This document shows positions 13,732 to 27,390 of a DNA stretch of 64,000 bases, in pieces (position 1 is the stretch's first letter; each line of letters begins with the position of its first letter). The DNA is from Octopus bimaculoides. Its lineage: Eukaryota. Location of the stretch: contig NC_069001.1 in assembly GCF_001194135.2 (NCBI RefSeq), positions 23,957,895-24,021,894 on the forward strand, read 5' to 3'. The notes under the pieces are model-generated. The model searched no databases and was not told where the DNA came from. It was given only the letters and a program-made list of their open reading frames with translations. The translations under genes were made by a program, and so were the position numbers.

Positions 13732-13968
13732 GAGGTCTGGCCAAAAGTCACCCGACAGTAAATCAAAATTCCATATTTATTTAAAATTCAATTTTATTTA
13801 TTCATTCCAATTATGAATGTTTAATAATTGAATGCTGTGAGTTAAAATCACCGTTTTTCTTTCAACATTTGTCTATTATCGAAGTCTCATATGAAATAAT
13901 TTTTTTGTTTTATTCTTGGAGTTAAATGGGTTTTTTTGATTTACTGTCAGGTGACTTTTGGCCAACCT

Positions 13969-13970
<2 letters not shown>
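13732..13970. mobile_element. Tc1/mariner-type MITE
   Basis: About 37-bp TIRs, GAGGTCTGGCCAAAAGTCACCCGACAGTAAATCAAAA versus the reverse complement CAAGGTTGGCCAAAAGTCACCTGACAGTAAATCAAAA, in a TA-rich context. Confidence 0.8.
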
Positions 13971-14018
<48 letters not shown>

Positions 14019-14199
14019 AATAGAGCAAACTTACTCTTTTATCACTCTACCCCGAACAAGGAGGCTGGATTTTTGCAATGTTTGTTTGCTTCCAATACTT
14101 GTTGCAAATATTTTGTGAACTACATCTGCCAACAATATGAGATAACTGTGAGCCCCCAGAAACAGCTGTCACGCTTGTAATACCTTCTCTCCTTTAATA

Positions 14200-14294
14200 C
14201 TTTGAGCCTATATAATATGTATATAATATGTATATAATATGTATATAATATGTATATAATATGTATGTATATAATATGTATATAATATGTATGT
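14200..14294. repeat. 11-bp minisatellite (TATAATATGTA)n
   Basis: Direct reading. Confidence 0.9.
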
Positions 14295-14515
14295 AAGGCG
14301 GTGAGCTGGTAGAATCGTTAGCACGCCGGGCGAATTGTTCAGTGGTATTTTGTTTGCCATTATGTTCTGTGTACAAGTTCCGCTGAGGTCAACTTTGCCT
14401 TTCATCCTTTCTGGGTGAATTAAATAAGTACCAGTTATGCACTGGGCTCGATGTAATCGACTTAATCCCTTTTTTTTGTCCACTCTGTGTTTAGCCCCCT
14501 GTGGGCAATAAAGAA
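14295..14515 (+). mobile_element. tRNA-derived SINE family B
   Basis: Head AAGGCGGTGAGCTGGTAGAATCGTTAG, core ACTTTGCCTTTCATCCTTT..GGGT, tail GTGGGCAATAAAGAAATA. Confidence 0.85.
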
Positions 14516-16399
14516 ATATATATATAATATGTATGTATGTATATATGTAAGTATGTGTGTATATATGTGTATGTACATATGTATGTATGAGTGTGTGCAT
14601 ACATATGTATTATATGTGTATCATCATCACCATCAGCATTAATTTAACATCCTTGCATGGGCCAGGGAGAAGTTTACTGAGGTAGATTTTCTTCTGGTTG
14701 ATGTGCTCCCTCTCACTACGCTTCATCTGTTTCTCCGTGACCAGACATTTATGCAGCATAATGGAAGTCAATTACATCTCTTGTATCACAGTAACATTCA
14801 TTTACAATTCTCAGATGATGTCAAGACACGGAAACACACACATACAAACACTAATATTCACACACCCTTATGCATAGATGCAGATACTCTCACAGACCCC
14901 TGCTCATATAGTGCAGAAATATACGACAATCTTCTTTCAGTTTCCGTCTACCAGACCCATTTACTAGGCTGCAGGCCACTTGGGGCAATAGTAAATGACA
15001 GATATCGAAGGTGCCATGCAGTAGGATTGAACTTGAAATGAAGAAATTAGGAAGCAGTCTTCTCAACACAGAGCCATGCCTCTGAATGCTTATACACACT
15101 AATATAGTTATTCATTGAACAAAATTTGTGTAAAATATAAATATCATATATAAATATATATATAATATATATATAACCATATATAAATATATATGATATA
15201 TATACATCATATATATAATATGTATAAATATAATATATTATATACATATACAGAATATCATATGTAAATATATATGATACATATAATATCATATATAAAT
15301 ATATGCAATATAATTTTATATAAAATTATGCCATTTTTTTTTTATTGTTCAAATATGTGTTAATAGGAACAGTGTTGTCCATAAATATTTTAACAAGTTC
15401 TCACAAGTAGGATGGAGATAATTAGATGCAAATTGTGGACTTGAGAGATTTTAGTCTTGCTTTTTCATTAGGAGGGAAAATATGTGCACTTAAGGAAAAA
15501 AAATATATATAAAATTTCTGTCTTTGGTTCTGTTGTTGAGATTGTGAAACACAATGGAGTTGTAGAGTAATATGTTGAGATAATGGTAGGAAAGGAACCG
15601 TTATATAAAAGGTGGAGACACATCTGTAAGGTGTTAGTAGTATTACAATATAGAGATGAGTTTGTGTTGCCGCAAAGTTGTGGAGCATTGTCTTCATGAT
15701 GGTTTGTATATCAAACACTGATTTGTGTTATATGTGACCTAGAATGTATATTATAGCATGGAAGTCATGACTCATTATCTTTATAAGAATGAAAAAAAAT
15801 TTCTTTTTTTTTTTCTCCTTTTACACCATTGCTACTGTTCTGCAAATATTCAATATCAATTAAATTCATTTAAGTTTCACAATGATATGGGGGTTACTAA
15901 CAATAGCCCTCTTATGTACTATGTGCTTAGCTTTTATAGTTTTAAAAGTATTTTTGAAATAATCAATAATACGTTCAATATTATAGAATTTTCAAAATAT
16001 CCAGATAATCAAATATGCAGCCCAAATTGTGATATACAAGAGCAGCAACATTTGTTTCCAGATGTATAAGCAGTATGCACTTGTAAGGCATAATTGTACT
16101 TTAAAATCAATTATAAGGTATGTTATTTGGCCATAAGCAAAGTAAATATCTAATTTATTTTAGAGACCATTTTCATTTTAGCTTTTATTATGTTGGCACT
16201 TATTGATATAGATCAGCTACAATAACCTTGAATTCCAGTAATTATATATAATTATGCATTGCAATGTGTTAGCAGCTGTGCAAGACTAAAATATTTTAGA
16301 GCTATGGTAAAGGAACTAAGCCTTTGTGATGCCATCTTTGCTCTGTAGAATATAAGTGAACCAAATTAGATAATTTTTATCAAACAATAAATCAAGCAA

Positions 16400-16700
16400 T
16401 CAGATCATCCACTGCTTTCCCACTGTAGGGTAAAGACCTTCCCTCTTTATCATCATTTCTATCAGTTTTGGATTTCTAATCTCATATTTCTTTTTCACAT
16501 ATATCCAACTCATCTTGTTTGTTGCTGTTTTCTCTTTCTTAGTGGTTTTTTTAAGAATTCAGTCTGTTTTATCATTTTCCTGTTGTCATTCATTTTCTGG
16601 ATGGGTCCATATTGTTTATAATCCCAATAACTGCATAAAATCTATTCACAGCTCTTACTGATCATTCTCTCCCTCTCTTCCAAATGTGAGTAGCCATGTA
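16400..16700 (-). pseudogene. Highly decayed LINE RT C-terminal fragment (RTE-like)
   Basis: KQQQTR*VGYM*KRN resembles the KxxLRWAGHVxRR motif. Confidence 0.35.
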
Positions 16701-16747
16701 ACTCCTCCAGAAGAATCTGCTCTGTACACCACTTCTCTAACACTTTA

Positions 16748-16985
16748 TTTAACCGTTTTGCATTCAGATTACTTTGCCAAAAGGCAACACTTATTGATAC
16801 TTATTCAAGACACATTGTCTTGAATAAAATATGCGTGCTTTCCTAGCTTTGAGGTTTTGCTGATGTGATTGTTTATTTTCAGAATAACATTGTAGAGTAG
16901 GCATGAGAGGCTGGATCTGACCAGTTTGAACATAAAACAGTAGAGTATTTGGGCCTGATATGGTCGGTTTAAATGTCAAAGAGTT
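16748..16985. mobile_element. TTAA-type (piggyBac-like) MITE, degenerate
   Basis: Begins TTAACCG..GCATTCAGATT and is homologous to 23806-23989. Confidence 0.55.
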
Positions 16986-17485
16986 ATACCATCATCTTCT
17001 AGGATTATGCTGACCCATTTAGTACCACATCTCCACACAGTCAAAGAGTTTATATTCTTGTGAACTGCATGTTGACCTCAATAGCGTCAGTGGCATGAAA
17101 ATGGCACTCAGTACACTCTGTAAAGTGGTTACCATTAGGAACAGCATCCAACCATTGAAACCATGCCGAAGCAGAAACTGCAGCACAATGCAGTTCTAAG
17201 ACCCAAACCAGCCGATGCAACATGCCAGTGTAGAACATGGACATTAAACGTTGATGGGCATAAAATACCAGAAAGAGACAAAACAAATAGTGATTTTTTA
17301 CTAGAGTAACCAATATATTGTGGGTTATAAAAAAAGTCAGGTGTTGCTGTGTGGGACCACATGGTCCTGGGTTCAATCCTACTGTGTGGCACCTTGGGAA
17401 AGTGTCTTCTACATGGCAACAATCATAAATTATTTCATTAAGTCTTTTTGGCAATGGCTTTTCTCATGTAATGAGGGTGCAGCTA

Positions 17486-17532
<47 letters not shown>

Positions 17533-17884
17533 NNNNNNNNNNNNNNNNNNNNNNNNNNNNNNNNNNNNNNNNNNNNNNNNNNNNNNNNNNNNNNNNNNNN
17601 NNNNNNNNNNNNNNNNNNNNNNNNNNNNNNNNNNNNNNNNNNNNNNNNNNNNNNNNNNNNNNNNGTATATATATAATTATATATATATATATATATATAT
17701 ATTGTATATATATAATTATATATATATATATATATATATATTGTATATATATAATTATATATATATATACACACATATATTATATATATATACATATATA
17801 TATATACACACACATACATATGTGTGTGTGTGTATGTACATATGTGTGTGTATGTATATATGTATGTATATGTATATATTTTCT

Positions 17885-18280
17885 TTTAATTTTCTTTTAT
17901 TTGTTTTACTTGCTTCAGTCATTTGACTGTGGCCATGTTGGAGCACTGCCTTTAGTTGAACAAATTGACCCCAGGACTTATTATTTGTAAGCCTAGAACT
18001 TATTCTATCCGTCTCTTTTTGCTGAACTACTAAGTTATGGGGATGTAAACACACCAACATCGGTTGTCAAGTGATGGTGAGGGGAGAGACACAGACACAC
18101 AAATACATACATATATATGATGGTCTTCTTTCAGTTTCTGTCTACCAAATCTAGTCACAAGGCTTTGGTCAGACTGAAGCTATACAGTTGAAGACACTTT
18201 CCCAAGGTGCCACACAGTGGAACTGAACTTGAAACCATGTGGTTGGGAATCAAGCTCCTTACCATAAAGCCACACCTGTG

Positions 18281-18285
<5 letters not shown>
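17885..18285 (-). mobile_element. SINE family A, full length
   Basis: Reverse complement of family A head, microsatellite and tail. Confidence 0.85.
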
Positions 18286-18317
<32 letters not shown>

Positions 18318-18931
18318 CTTTTATAAGTAATATTCTAAAAGAATATATAACTGAACTTATGTTGAGTGCTCAATTCTCTTGAGCAAATAAATGAGTGTTT
18401 GACACTCGAAACTTCAACAAAGGAAGAAACGAACAAATTTTACACACTTCAGAAGGATTAACGTGACAAGGACAGTATATATTATTATTTTTAATTTTTA
18501 GTATTCTTAATTCTTAATATTTCTAATATTTTAATATTATATAGGTATATAAAGGGTTCTTAATGCATCTCTGAAGAATGNNNNNNNNNNNNNNNNNNNN
18601 NNNNNNNNNNNNNNNNNNNNNNNNNNNNNNNNNNNNNNNNNNNNNNNNNNNNNNNNNNNNNNNNNNNNNNNNNNNNNNNNNNNNNNNNNNNNNNNNNNNN
18701 NNNNNNNNNNNNNNNNNNNNNNNNNNNNNNNNNNNNNNNNNNNNNNNNNNNNNNNNNNNNNNNNNNNNNNNNNNNNNNNNNNNNNNNNNNNNNNNNNNNN
18801 NNNNNNNNNNNNNNNNNNNNNNNNNNNNNNNNNNNNNNNNNNNNNNNNNNNNNNNNNNNNNNNNNNNNNNNNNNNNNNNNNNNNNNNNNNNNNNNNNNNN
18901 NNNNNNNNNNNNNNNNNNNNNNNNNNNNNNN

Positions 18932-19165
18932 CAGGTTTTGCGATCTGACTATATGCCATAGAGCTAAACCATTTATGGATGGGAAACCCAGAGTAATCCC
19001 ATAAACTGGCCTTCCCCATTAATATATATGTATATGCATATTTTGAACAGGTCTTAGGCCAACAGGTTTTGCGATCTGACTATATGCCATAGAGCTAAAC
19101 CATTTATGGATGGGAAACCCAGAGTAATCCCATAAACTGGCCTTCCCCATTAATATATATGTATA
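18932..19165. repeat. 130-bp-period tandem duplication abutting an N gap
   Basis: CAGGTTTTGCGATCTGACT...CCCCATTAATATATATGTATA starts at 18932 and again at 19062, essentially identical over ~100 nt. Confidence 0.9.
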
Positions 19166-19847
19166 AATATTTGTATGTGTGTGTGTGTGTCTTTGTGAGT
19201 GTGCTTGATAACCAGTGCTGGTGTGTTTACCACCCTTTAACTTAGTGGTTCAACAAAAAAGACCAGTAAATTAAGTATCAGGCTTTAGAAAACAATAACT
19301 CCTGGGGTGGTGGGGCTGATTCATTCGGCTTGGACTTCTTCAGGCACTGCCCCAGCTTAGTTGCAGTTTGATGATTGAAACAAGTGAAAGATTTTTAGAC
19401 TTGCTCTGAAATTAAGCAGCCTGATAATAATTTGGCAGCTAGGGTTAAGGAACGAACTGTATGGCTATGTCATTATTTAGCAACTGATTGCAGACGGCTC
19501 CAAATGAACGATGATAACAGCTGAAAGGAACTTATCAAATATAAACAAAACTTGTGACTGATGCATCTCCTTGATGGAACTAAGATGACATCCTAACAAT
19601 AATTGCTACATTAACTAAAAAACATGGCTTATGATTAGATAATATATGCAGTGACATTGATATGTATTTAGTTTCATTTGGGATTAATTTGGTTTCCTTT
19701 TAATTTAAAACTTCATCAGGATTCCTGGCCTTGTCATTTTGAAACTGATGCTGATGGCAGCTGGTGGCTGTTTATTATGTAAACACTTAAGTTTATAATG
19801 AGACGAAATGATATGGTTATGACATCCCCTATTTCTTTGCTTATTAT

Positions 19848-20290
19848 AGGTGCAGGCATTGCTGAGTGGTAAGAAGCTTGCTTCACAACCACATGGCTCT
19901 GGGTTCAGTCCCACTGCGTGGCACCTTGGGCAAAAGTCTTCTACTATAGCCTCGGGCTGACCAAAGCCTTGTGAGTGGATTTAGTAGACAGAGACTGAAA
20001 GAAACCCCTTATATGTGTGTGTGTGTGTGTGTGTGTATGTGTGTGTGCGCGTGTGCGCACATGTGCACTTGCACATGCATGCATGTATGTCTGTCTGTTT
20101 GTCCCCTACCACTGCTCGACAACTGGTGTTGGTGTGTTTATGTCCCCATAACTTAGTAGTTCAGCAAAAGAGAACGATAGAATAAGTGCCAGGCTTAAAC
20201 AAGTACTGGGGTCAATTTATTTAACTAAAATTTTTTCAAGGCAGTGCACCATCATGGCCACAGTCTAATGATGGAAACAAATAAAAGATA
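19848..20290 (+). mobile_element. SINE family A, full length
   Basis: Family head, B box, (TG)n and tail. Confidence 0.85.
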
Positions 20291-20355
20291 GAAAATACAA
20301 GATAAATCACATCATATTAGTAAGCATCTTCTCTCCTTTTCTCTCTGTCTCTGTT

Positions 20356-20409
<54 letters not shown>

Positions 20410-20919
20410 CAGTATCCATGAATCCCCTCTCCTGCAAGACTCCTATTTCTGTGCCTCTGTTCATAATCCAACCCCTCATCACTTGGTGCAAGCCACCATC
20501 TCAAACACTATTCCCTTCTCAGTTGAGGGGCCGTGTCTTGCAACTTACTTGGTGACCTCACTACAGCTTGTGCCATGTAAAAAGCTCTCAGTACACTCTG
20601 TAAAGTGATTGGCGTTAGGAAGGGTATCCAACCATAGGAACCGTGCCAAAATAGATAATAGAGCTTGGTGAAGTCTTCTGAGTAGCCAACTCCTGTTAAA
20701 ACTATCCAACCCATGCCAGCATGCAAGGAGGATGTTAGATAACAATGATGATGATGATGATGTTCTTCTGGTAGCATTATGTAAATGAGCCATGTCTGTC
20801 AAAACTTCAACAAACAAAGGCATTCTTGCCAAGACCATCTTATGTGATATATGGGTATCCTCTTCCACCTTTCCCTCCTTCTCATCATTATCATAATCAC
20901 CACCACCGCTGCCACCACC

Positions 20920-20951
<32 letters not shown>

Positions 20952-21775
20952 CACCACCACCAACACCACCACCACCAACAACAATAACACTACCTCATGA
21001 CGCTCTAACCACTGAGCCATGTTCCTTCACTATCCTTCCTGTTGCTATATCAATTTGTTTTCAGGTAAAACACTTCAATGTAATTAACTGAAACACTTAT
21101 ATGTTAACCCGTTTCATACCAACTCATCTGAAACTGCCCCAGGTTCTATAGTACATGCTGCTTGTTTTTAAGTGATCTAAATGAAAACTTGTCATCAAAA
21201 TTTTATGTACTTTACAATCCAAATATCAAGTTGATAATGACAAAGCTATTTTAACTAAATTCTTCATTATTTTCAAAATTAATTGAAATAAGAGTAGTGT
21301 GTTTCAACATGAAGAAATTGCTCGTTTACTGATGGGCAAAAATACAAACCGACTAATTACCATCATAATTACATAGCAGGGTTGTTAACTTAGTATTAAC
21401 ATATTTAATGAAGCAATAATTGGAATGCTAATTAGAAACAAACTTGTGATGAAGGAAGTACATGTTATTTAATATTAATTTTGATCTTTATTCCAAGTAT
21501 GAGGTACAACTCCAGGCATATTTCAGTCATATTACACTTCATCAGCAAACAATTAACTTCACTGTTCTTGTGGAAATAGTGATGAAAGATTCACTTGTTG
21601 AGAAGACACAGAATACAGCTCAAAAGTAGATTTAGAAATAGACAGATTTTAGAAAAAAATTTATTTAGAAGAATTGAAAATGAAAAAGAGACAAGCACTT
21701 TGTCAGTTATGACGACAAGGGTTTCAGATGATCTGATCATCAGAAAAGACTGCTTATGAAATTAATATGCAAGTA

Positions 21776-22200
21776 GTGCAAATGTGGCTGCATGGTAAGA
21801 AGCTTGCTGCTTCCTAACCGCATGGTTCTGCGTTCAGTCCCCCTGCGTGACACCTTGGGCAAGTGCCATTTACTATAGCCTCAAACTAACCAAAGCCTTG
21901 TGAGTGGATGTTGTAGATGGAAACTGAAAGAAGCCCATTGTATGTATATGTGTGAGTTTGTGTGTGTGTGCCTTTGGAGCTGTGTTTTTCTCTCCACCAC
22001 TTAATCACTAGTTGACAACTGGTGTTGGGGTATTTACATCCCTTTAACTTAGCATTTCAGCTAAAGAGACCAATAGGATAAGTACTAAGCTTAAAAAGCA
22101 ATAAGTCCTGGGGTTGATGCATTCGACGAAAATTCTTCAAGGTGGTGCTCCAGCATGGCCATTGATTAATGACTGAAACATGCAAAAGATAAAAGGTAAA
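21776..22200 (+). mobile_element. SINE family A, full length
   Basis: Family head, B box and tail. Confidence 0.85.
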
Positions 22201-22518
22201 ATAATAAGTGGTTGAGTACTTCACAGACACACATATGCTTAACATAGTTCTCAGGAAAATTCAGTGTGGCATAGACTGCGAAAGGCTGGCCCTTTGAATT
22301 ATAGGTACCACTCATTTTTGTTACCTGAAAGGGACTGGAGCAGTATGAAGTAAATTATCTTGCTGAAGGACACAATGTGCCACCAGGAATTGAACTCATG
22401 ACCATATGATCGTGAGCCAAATACCCCTAACCATTAGGCCATGTGACATTGGGTATTAAAAGCTTTATAAGAAATAATTGTGGGATGAAATAAAGACAAA
22501 ATGAGCCTTATGATTAAC

Positions 22519-23425
22519 ACTAGCTGACATACCCAGTAATTCCTGGGAAAGCAGGGCTTATCCCTTAGTTCCATTCTCATAATTGTTTTGCTAATCCATT
22601 AACAACAATACAAAGTATGTAGCCCTTAAAATGGTTTTGTGCATTTACAGAGCATACTGAACTGTCTTACACAGGATCGTGTTTTAAGGAATTCCCAATA
22701 AGTTATGAATACCCAAATTGTGAAGTCACTTATATCATAACATGAAATTAGTTACCCGATAGTAAGAATTGAAATAAAATAGCCCCAAAAAGGGCTTTAA
22801 TGCATTTCCAGAGTATACAGAACTTAGGAGGAAATGTTAATAAGGTATGTATACTAAAATCGTGAAGCTTGTTACATAATGACAGACTAATCAGATATGA
22901 GATAATAACAATTCAAAGTAAATAACTCTGGAAAGAGCTTTTGTGCATTCCCAGAGAATATTACCCTCAGGGGCGCTAGTGTTGGTATATTCGTGAATAA
23001 ATCACTAACCAAAATAAGTGGATCTGTTGTTTAGGAAAATACTATTTACTTGTGTAAGGGTTGTACTGGATAAATTGTGAAAACAACTCTAACTGTTCAA
23101 ATATTAAGAAATAAGCATAGTCAATTTCATTTTTACCAAATAATTTAGGAAAATGAATGGGTTATTTCCCTTAGCTCTATATAAGAATCACTTCCAGGGG
23201 CGAATGGGTTATTTCCCTCGGCTTTTAAAATAAAATATATTAGATATATATAAGTATCCCTTCCAGGGGCCCTATTATTGATTTTTTTCAACAATCTGAG
23301 TATGCCATGAGGTTTCTAGACACGAGTTCTACTCACGTGTCAAGTTTCATCAAAGTCGATAAAACGATATAGGAGGAGTTAGCTAACAACTCCACAAACA
23401 GAATTTCCCATATATGTAGCAGATT
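22519..23425 (+). mobile_element. Probable non-autonomous Helitron/Helentron-like (DINE/HINE-type) element
   Basis: 5' ACTAGCTGACAT followed by the hairpin CCCAG-TAATTC-CTGGG. 3' CAAGTTTCATCAAAGTCG...GGAGGAGTTAG...ACAAACAGAATTT...TATATGTAGCAGATT. Internal CCAGGGGC and GAATGGGTTATTTCCCT subrepeats. This end architecture resembles invertebrate non-autonomous rolling-circle elements. Confidence 0.55.
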
Positions 23426-23805
23426 ATTTTAACTGGGTTGATATGTAAATTCTAATGAGGAAGTGTAATAAGATCAAATCATGTTAACATTTGTCTCCCA
23501 TATTTGCCAAAAGGATTAAAATAGCGATTGCATTAATAGTGTTTGTTTGTTTTTTTGTTTGCCTCAAGTAACTGTATCTGGTGAAATCAGATAAATATAA
23601 TCTTTAGAATACAGGGAGACTAACGGTGGTCGCTGCTGGAAAAAAACTGAATTAAAGAAGTACATGTGTATTAGGATTGGTTGCAATGAGGAGATGTCTA
23701 GAGACTTTTTCCCAATAATATAAAGAGACAACCCATAAAAGGAAGTAGGCACAACAATGAAGGAAGAGAAAGCAAAAAGGGAAAGGAAAGAGACGAATGA
23801 ATAAT

Positions 23806-23989
23806 TCAACCCTTTAGCGTTCGGATTATTATGTCAAATGTAATGCTTTTTTATTTACATTGTTTTGGATTAATCATGCTATCTCTCATAGCTTTGAGAT
23901 TTTCCTGATGTGATATTTTATTTTTAGAAGGACATTAAAGGATAGGTGTGAGAAGCTGGATCTGGCTGGTTTGAATGCTAATGGATTAA
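23806..23989. mobile_element. TTAA-type (piggyBac-like) MITE
   Basis: Ends TCAA|CCCTTTAGCGTTC ... AATGCTAATGGA|TTAA. A sibling at 47136 starts with a perfect TTAA|CCCTTTAGCATT. Confidence 0.65.
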
Positions 23990-24168
23990 GGACAGGTACA
24001 TAATATGAATTTTCCTTTTTGCATGTTCATTTATTTTGTCATTACTGAAAAAAGCAAACGAAGGATCTTCCATACTGTTGTTTGGTATCCTACAAATAAC
24101 AACTAAATCTCCCTTAAATAATGCTAAGTCATCGTCTTAAAGGAAAGCACTTATTAGATAATGTAATT

Positions 24169-24543
24169 GTTGTTGTTGGCACTCCGTCGCTTACGATGTC
24201 GAGGGTTCCAGTTGATCCGATCAACGGAACAGCCTGCTCGTGAAATTAACGTGCAAGTGGCTGAGCACTCCACAGACACGTGTACCCTTAACGTAGTTCT
24301 TGGGGATATTCAGCGTGACACAGTGTGACAAGGCTGACCCTTTCAATTACAGGCACGACAAAAACAGGAAGTAAGAGTGAGAGAAAGTTGTGGTGAAAGA
24401 GTACAACAGGGTTCGCCACCATCCCCTGCCGGAGCCACGTGGAGCTTTTGGTGTTTTCGCTCAATAAACACTCACAATGCCCAGTTTGGAATCGAAACCG
24501 CGAGTCCGCTGCGCTAACCACTGGGCCATTGCGCCTCCACTGG
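24169..24543 (-). mobile_element. tRNA-derived SINE family C, young copy with TSD
   Basis: Head GGAGGCGCAATGGCCCAGTGGTTAG (A box) and GGTTTCGATTCC (B box), (AAC)n tail. The 10-bp TSD TAATGTAATT lies at 24159-24168 and 24544-24553. CpGs are retained. Confidence 0.9.
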
Positions 24544-24877
24544 TAATGTAATTAATATACTATTAAAAAGATAAGATGGTCGTGGATGGAGGTCCTTTGA
24601 TCATAGATTTGCTCTGGAGTTAACATCTTTTGGGAGGAAGGGATTGCAGAGAAAGAAAATACAGTAAATATAAATAATCAACAAAAATAAAAGAAGCCAT
24701 ATTAGAAGAACTATGTCTGTAAAATTCAGTTGATTTGATGCAAGCTCTCACATTTAGAGGAAAGAATAAAACCAAAGTGAAAAATAGAAAGAAAACGTAA
24801 TACAGTTAGCTCAGTTTATTTCGTTCTGAGGAAATCTTAAAATCCTTATAAGAAATACAAAGAAAATAATTTCAATA

Positions 24878-25225
24878 TGCAGGTACACTCATGGCTATGT
24901 GGTAAGAAGTTTGCTTTACAACAACAATCTTCAGGCTGACCAATGCCTTGCGAGTGGATTTGCTTCATGGAAACTGAAAGAAGCCGATCGTGTGTGTGTG
25001 TGTGCGTGTGTGCATGCATGCTCGCATGTATGTGTGTGTCTTTGTGCCTGTGTTTGTCCCCACCATCGCTTGACAACCAATGCTGGTATGTTTACAACCC
25101 CATAGCAGTTCAGCAAAAGATACTGATAAAATAATTACCAGGCTATAAAAAGGATAAGTACAGACACTGATTCATTTGGCTAAAATTTCTTCAAGGCAGT
25201 GTTCCAGCATGGCCACAGTCTGATC
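24878..25225 (+). mobile_element. SINE family A with internal deletion
   Basis: Family head and tail motifs. Confidence 0.75.
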
Positions 25226-25682
25226 ACTGAAGCAAGTAAATGATCTATATTCTATACATCTCCCTCATTCTTTAACTTCAAGTTCAAAATTCCAATCCTA
25301 CCAGATATTATATCGGAATGGCCATCTCCTTTACACTAACTTGCCACATGGTGACTCAAAGTATATAATAAGAAAGTTAACCTTAGTTTAGATTTTGAAT
25401 CTAGCAAACTTTAGAATTTCAGAAAATTAGTGATTGTCTGCAACAACGATTAGTATAAACAATATAAAAGTGGAATTAATTGTTTTGCCATGAGAAAGAA
25501 GGAAAACTCTACTGTGTATCTCATTCATGATAGAATGTTGCTTTCTGATTCTGTTTGTAAGCATCAATCTCTGATAAACTGATAACTGAATTGTAAGATT
25601 TTTCTTCCTCGTGGCAAAGCAATTTATTTCACTTTTGGACTATTTTGTATCAATTTCTTCCAGAATTTTGTTATCCATCCCT

Positions 25683-25713
25683 GTATGTATGTATGTATGT
25701 ATGTATGTATGTA

Positions 25714-25748
<35 letters not shown>

Positions 25749-26720
25749 TTGTATGAATGTATGTATGTATATATGCATGTATGTATGTATGTTTGTATGT
25801 CTTTGTATGTTTGTTTGTATGTTTAAGTTTGTATGAATTTATGTATGTATGTGTGTGTATGCATGTATGTATGTACGTATGTATGTATGTATGTATGTAT
25901 GTATATATATGTGTGTGTATGTTTCTATGTATGTATGTATGTATGTACATATGTATGTATGTATGTTTGTATGTATGTATGTGTAAGTTTGTATGAATGT
26001 ATGTATNNNNNNNNNNNNNNNNNNNNNNNNNNNNNNNNNNNNNNNNNNNNNNNNNNNNNNNNNNNNNNNNNNNNNNNNNNNNNNNNNNNNNNNNNNNNNN
26101 NNNNNNNNNNNNNNNNNNNNNNNNNNNNNNNNNNNNNNNNNNNNNNNNNNNNNNNNNNNNNNNNNNNNNNNNNNNNNNNNNNNNNNNNNNNNNNNNNNNN
26201 NNNNNNNNNNNNNNNNNNNNNNNNNNNNNNNNNNNNNNNNNNNNNNNNNNNNNNNNNNNNNNNNNNNNNNNNNNNNNNNNNNNNNNNNNNNNNNNNNNNN
26301 NNNNNNNNNNNNNNNNNNNNNNNNNNNNNNNNNNNNNNNNNNNNNNNNNNNNNNNNNNNNNNNNNNACACAGACACACATATACATATACATATATACGA
26401 CAGGCTTCTTTCAGTTTCCGTCTACCAAATCCACTCACAAGGCTTTGGTCGGCCCGAGGCTATAGTAGAAGACACTTGCCCAAAGTGCCACGCAGTGGGA
26501 ATGAACCCGAAACTATGTGGTTGGTAAGCAAGCTACTTACCACACAGCCATGTATGTACGTCTATGTATGTTTATATGTGTGTATGAATGTATGTATGTA
26601 TGACTATGTATATACATATGTATATATGTACGTATGTATGTATATGTATGTTTATATGTATGTATGTATGTATGTATGTCTGTATGTATGTGTGTATGTA
26701 TGTGTGTATGTATGTATGTA
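25683..26720. repeat. (TATG)n microsatellite array with N gap and embedded SINE A half (26367-26552, - strand)
   Basis: Direct reading. Confidence 0.9.
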
Positions 26721-27074
26721 TGTTCTTCTCTCTTTAATTTTAGATTAAATTTCCATCGGCAACCTACTTTGTAACAAAACTGCGAAGGAAAATGTCTTGT
26801 TTTGATTGTCGTCCTTGTAGATTTCTAGAGTCCCAGATATCACGAACATATAAAGTCATATCCATGAATAGACGTATACACGTATATCTACTATACATAT
26901 ATCATGTGCACAGATATACACTCATTGTATAAGAAGACCCATCAAGCCAAGTGAAATCGTAGCTGTGGTTGATACTGGTGTCATGTAACTGGCACATAAA
27001 AAACACATTTCAAGCATTGGACCACATAGAGGCACAGTGCCCAATGCCAGTGGCACGTGAAAATCTATTTTTTT

Positions 27075-27390
27075 AGTGTTGGGCCTCACAGAGGCAATGA
27101 CAAATGACCGAGACCTTTGGCATTATGCTGGTGCTTCAGAAGAAGACCCCTCAAGCCTAGTAAAATTGCAGTCGTGGCAGATACTGGTGTCATGCAAATG
27201 GCACCCATGCTGGTGGCACGTACAGGCACCCATTACACTCTTGGAATGGTTGGTGTTAGGAAGGGCATCCAGCTGTAGAAAACCATGCCAAATCTAACTG
27301 GAGCCTGGTGCAGCCTTCCAGCTTGCCAGCCCTGGTCAAATCGTCCAACCCATGCCAGCATGGACAACAGACGTTAAATGATGATGATGA
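27075..27390 (+). mobile_element. RTE LINE 3' end
   Basis: LGLTEAMTNDRDLWHYA (RTE ORF end) followed by the 3' UTR and a (GAT)n tail. Confidence 0.85.

Noticed and set aside
14045-14175. Possible HHR remnant (GGAGGCT...AGCCCCCA-GAAA-CAGCTG-TC)
   Set aside because: The 3' half is canonical, but the CUGANGA core and stem I are not recoverable.
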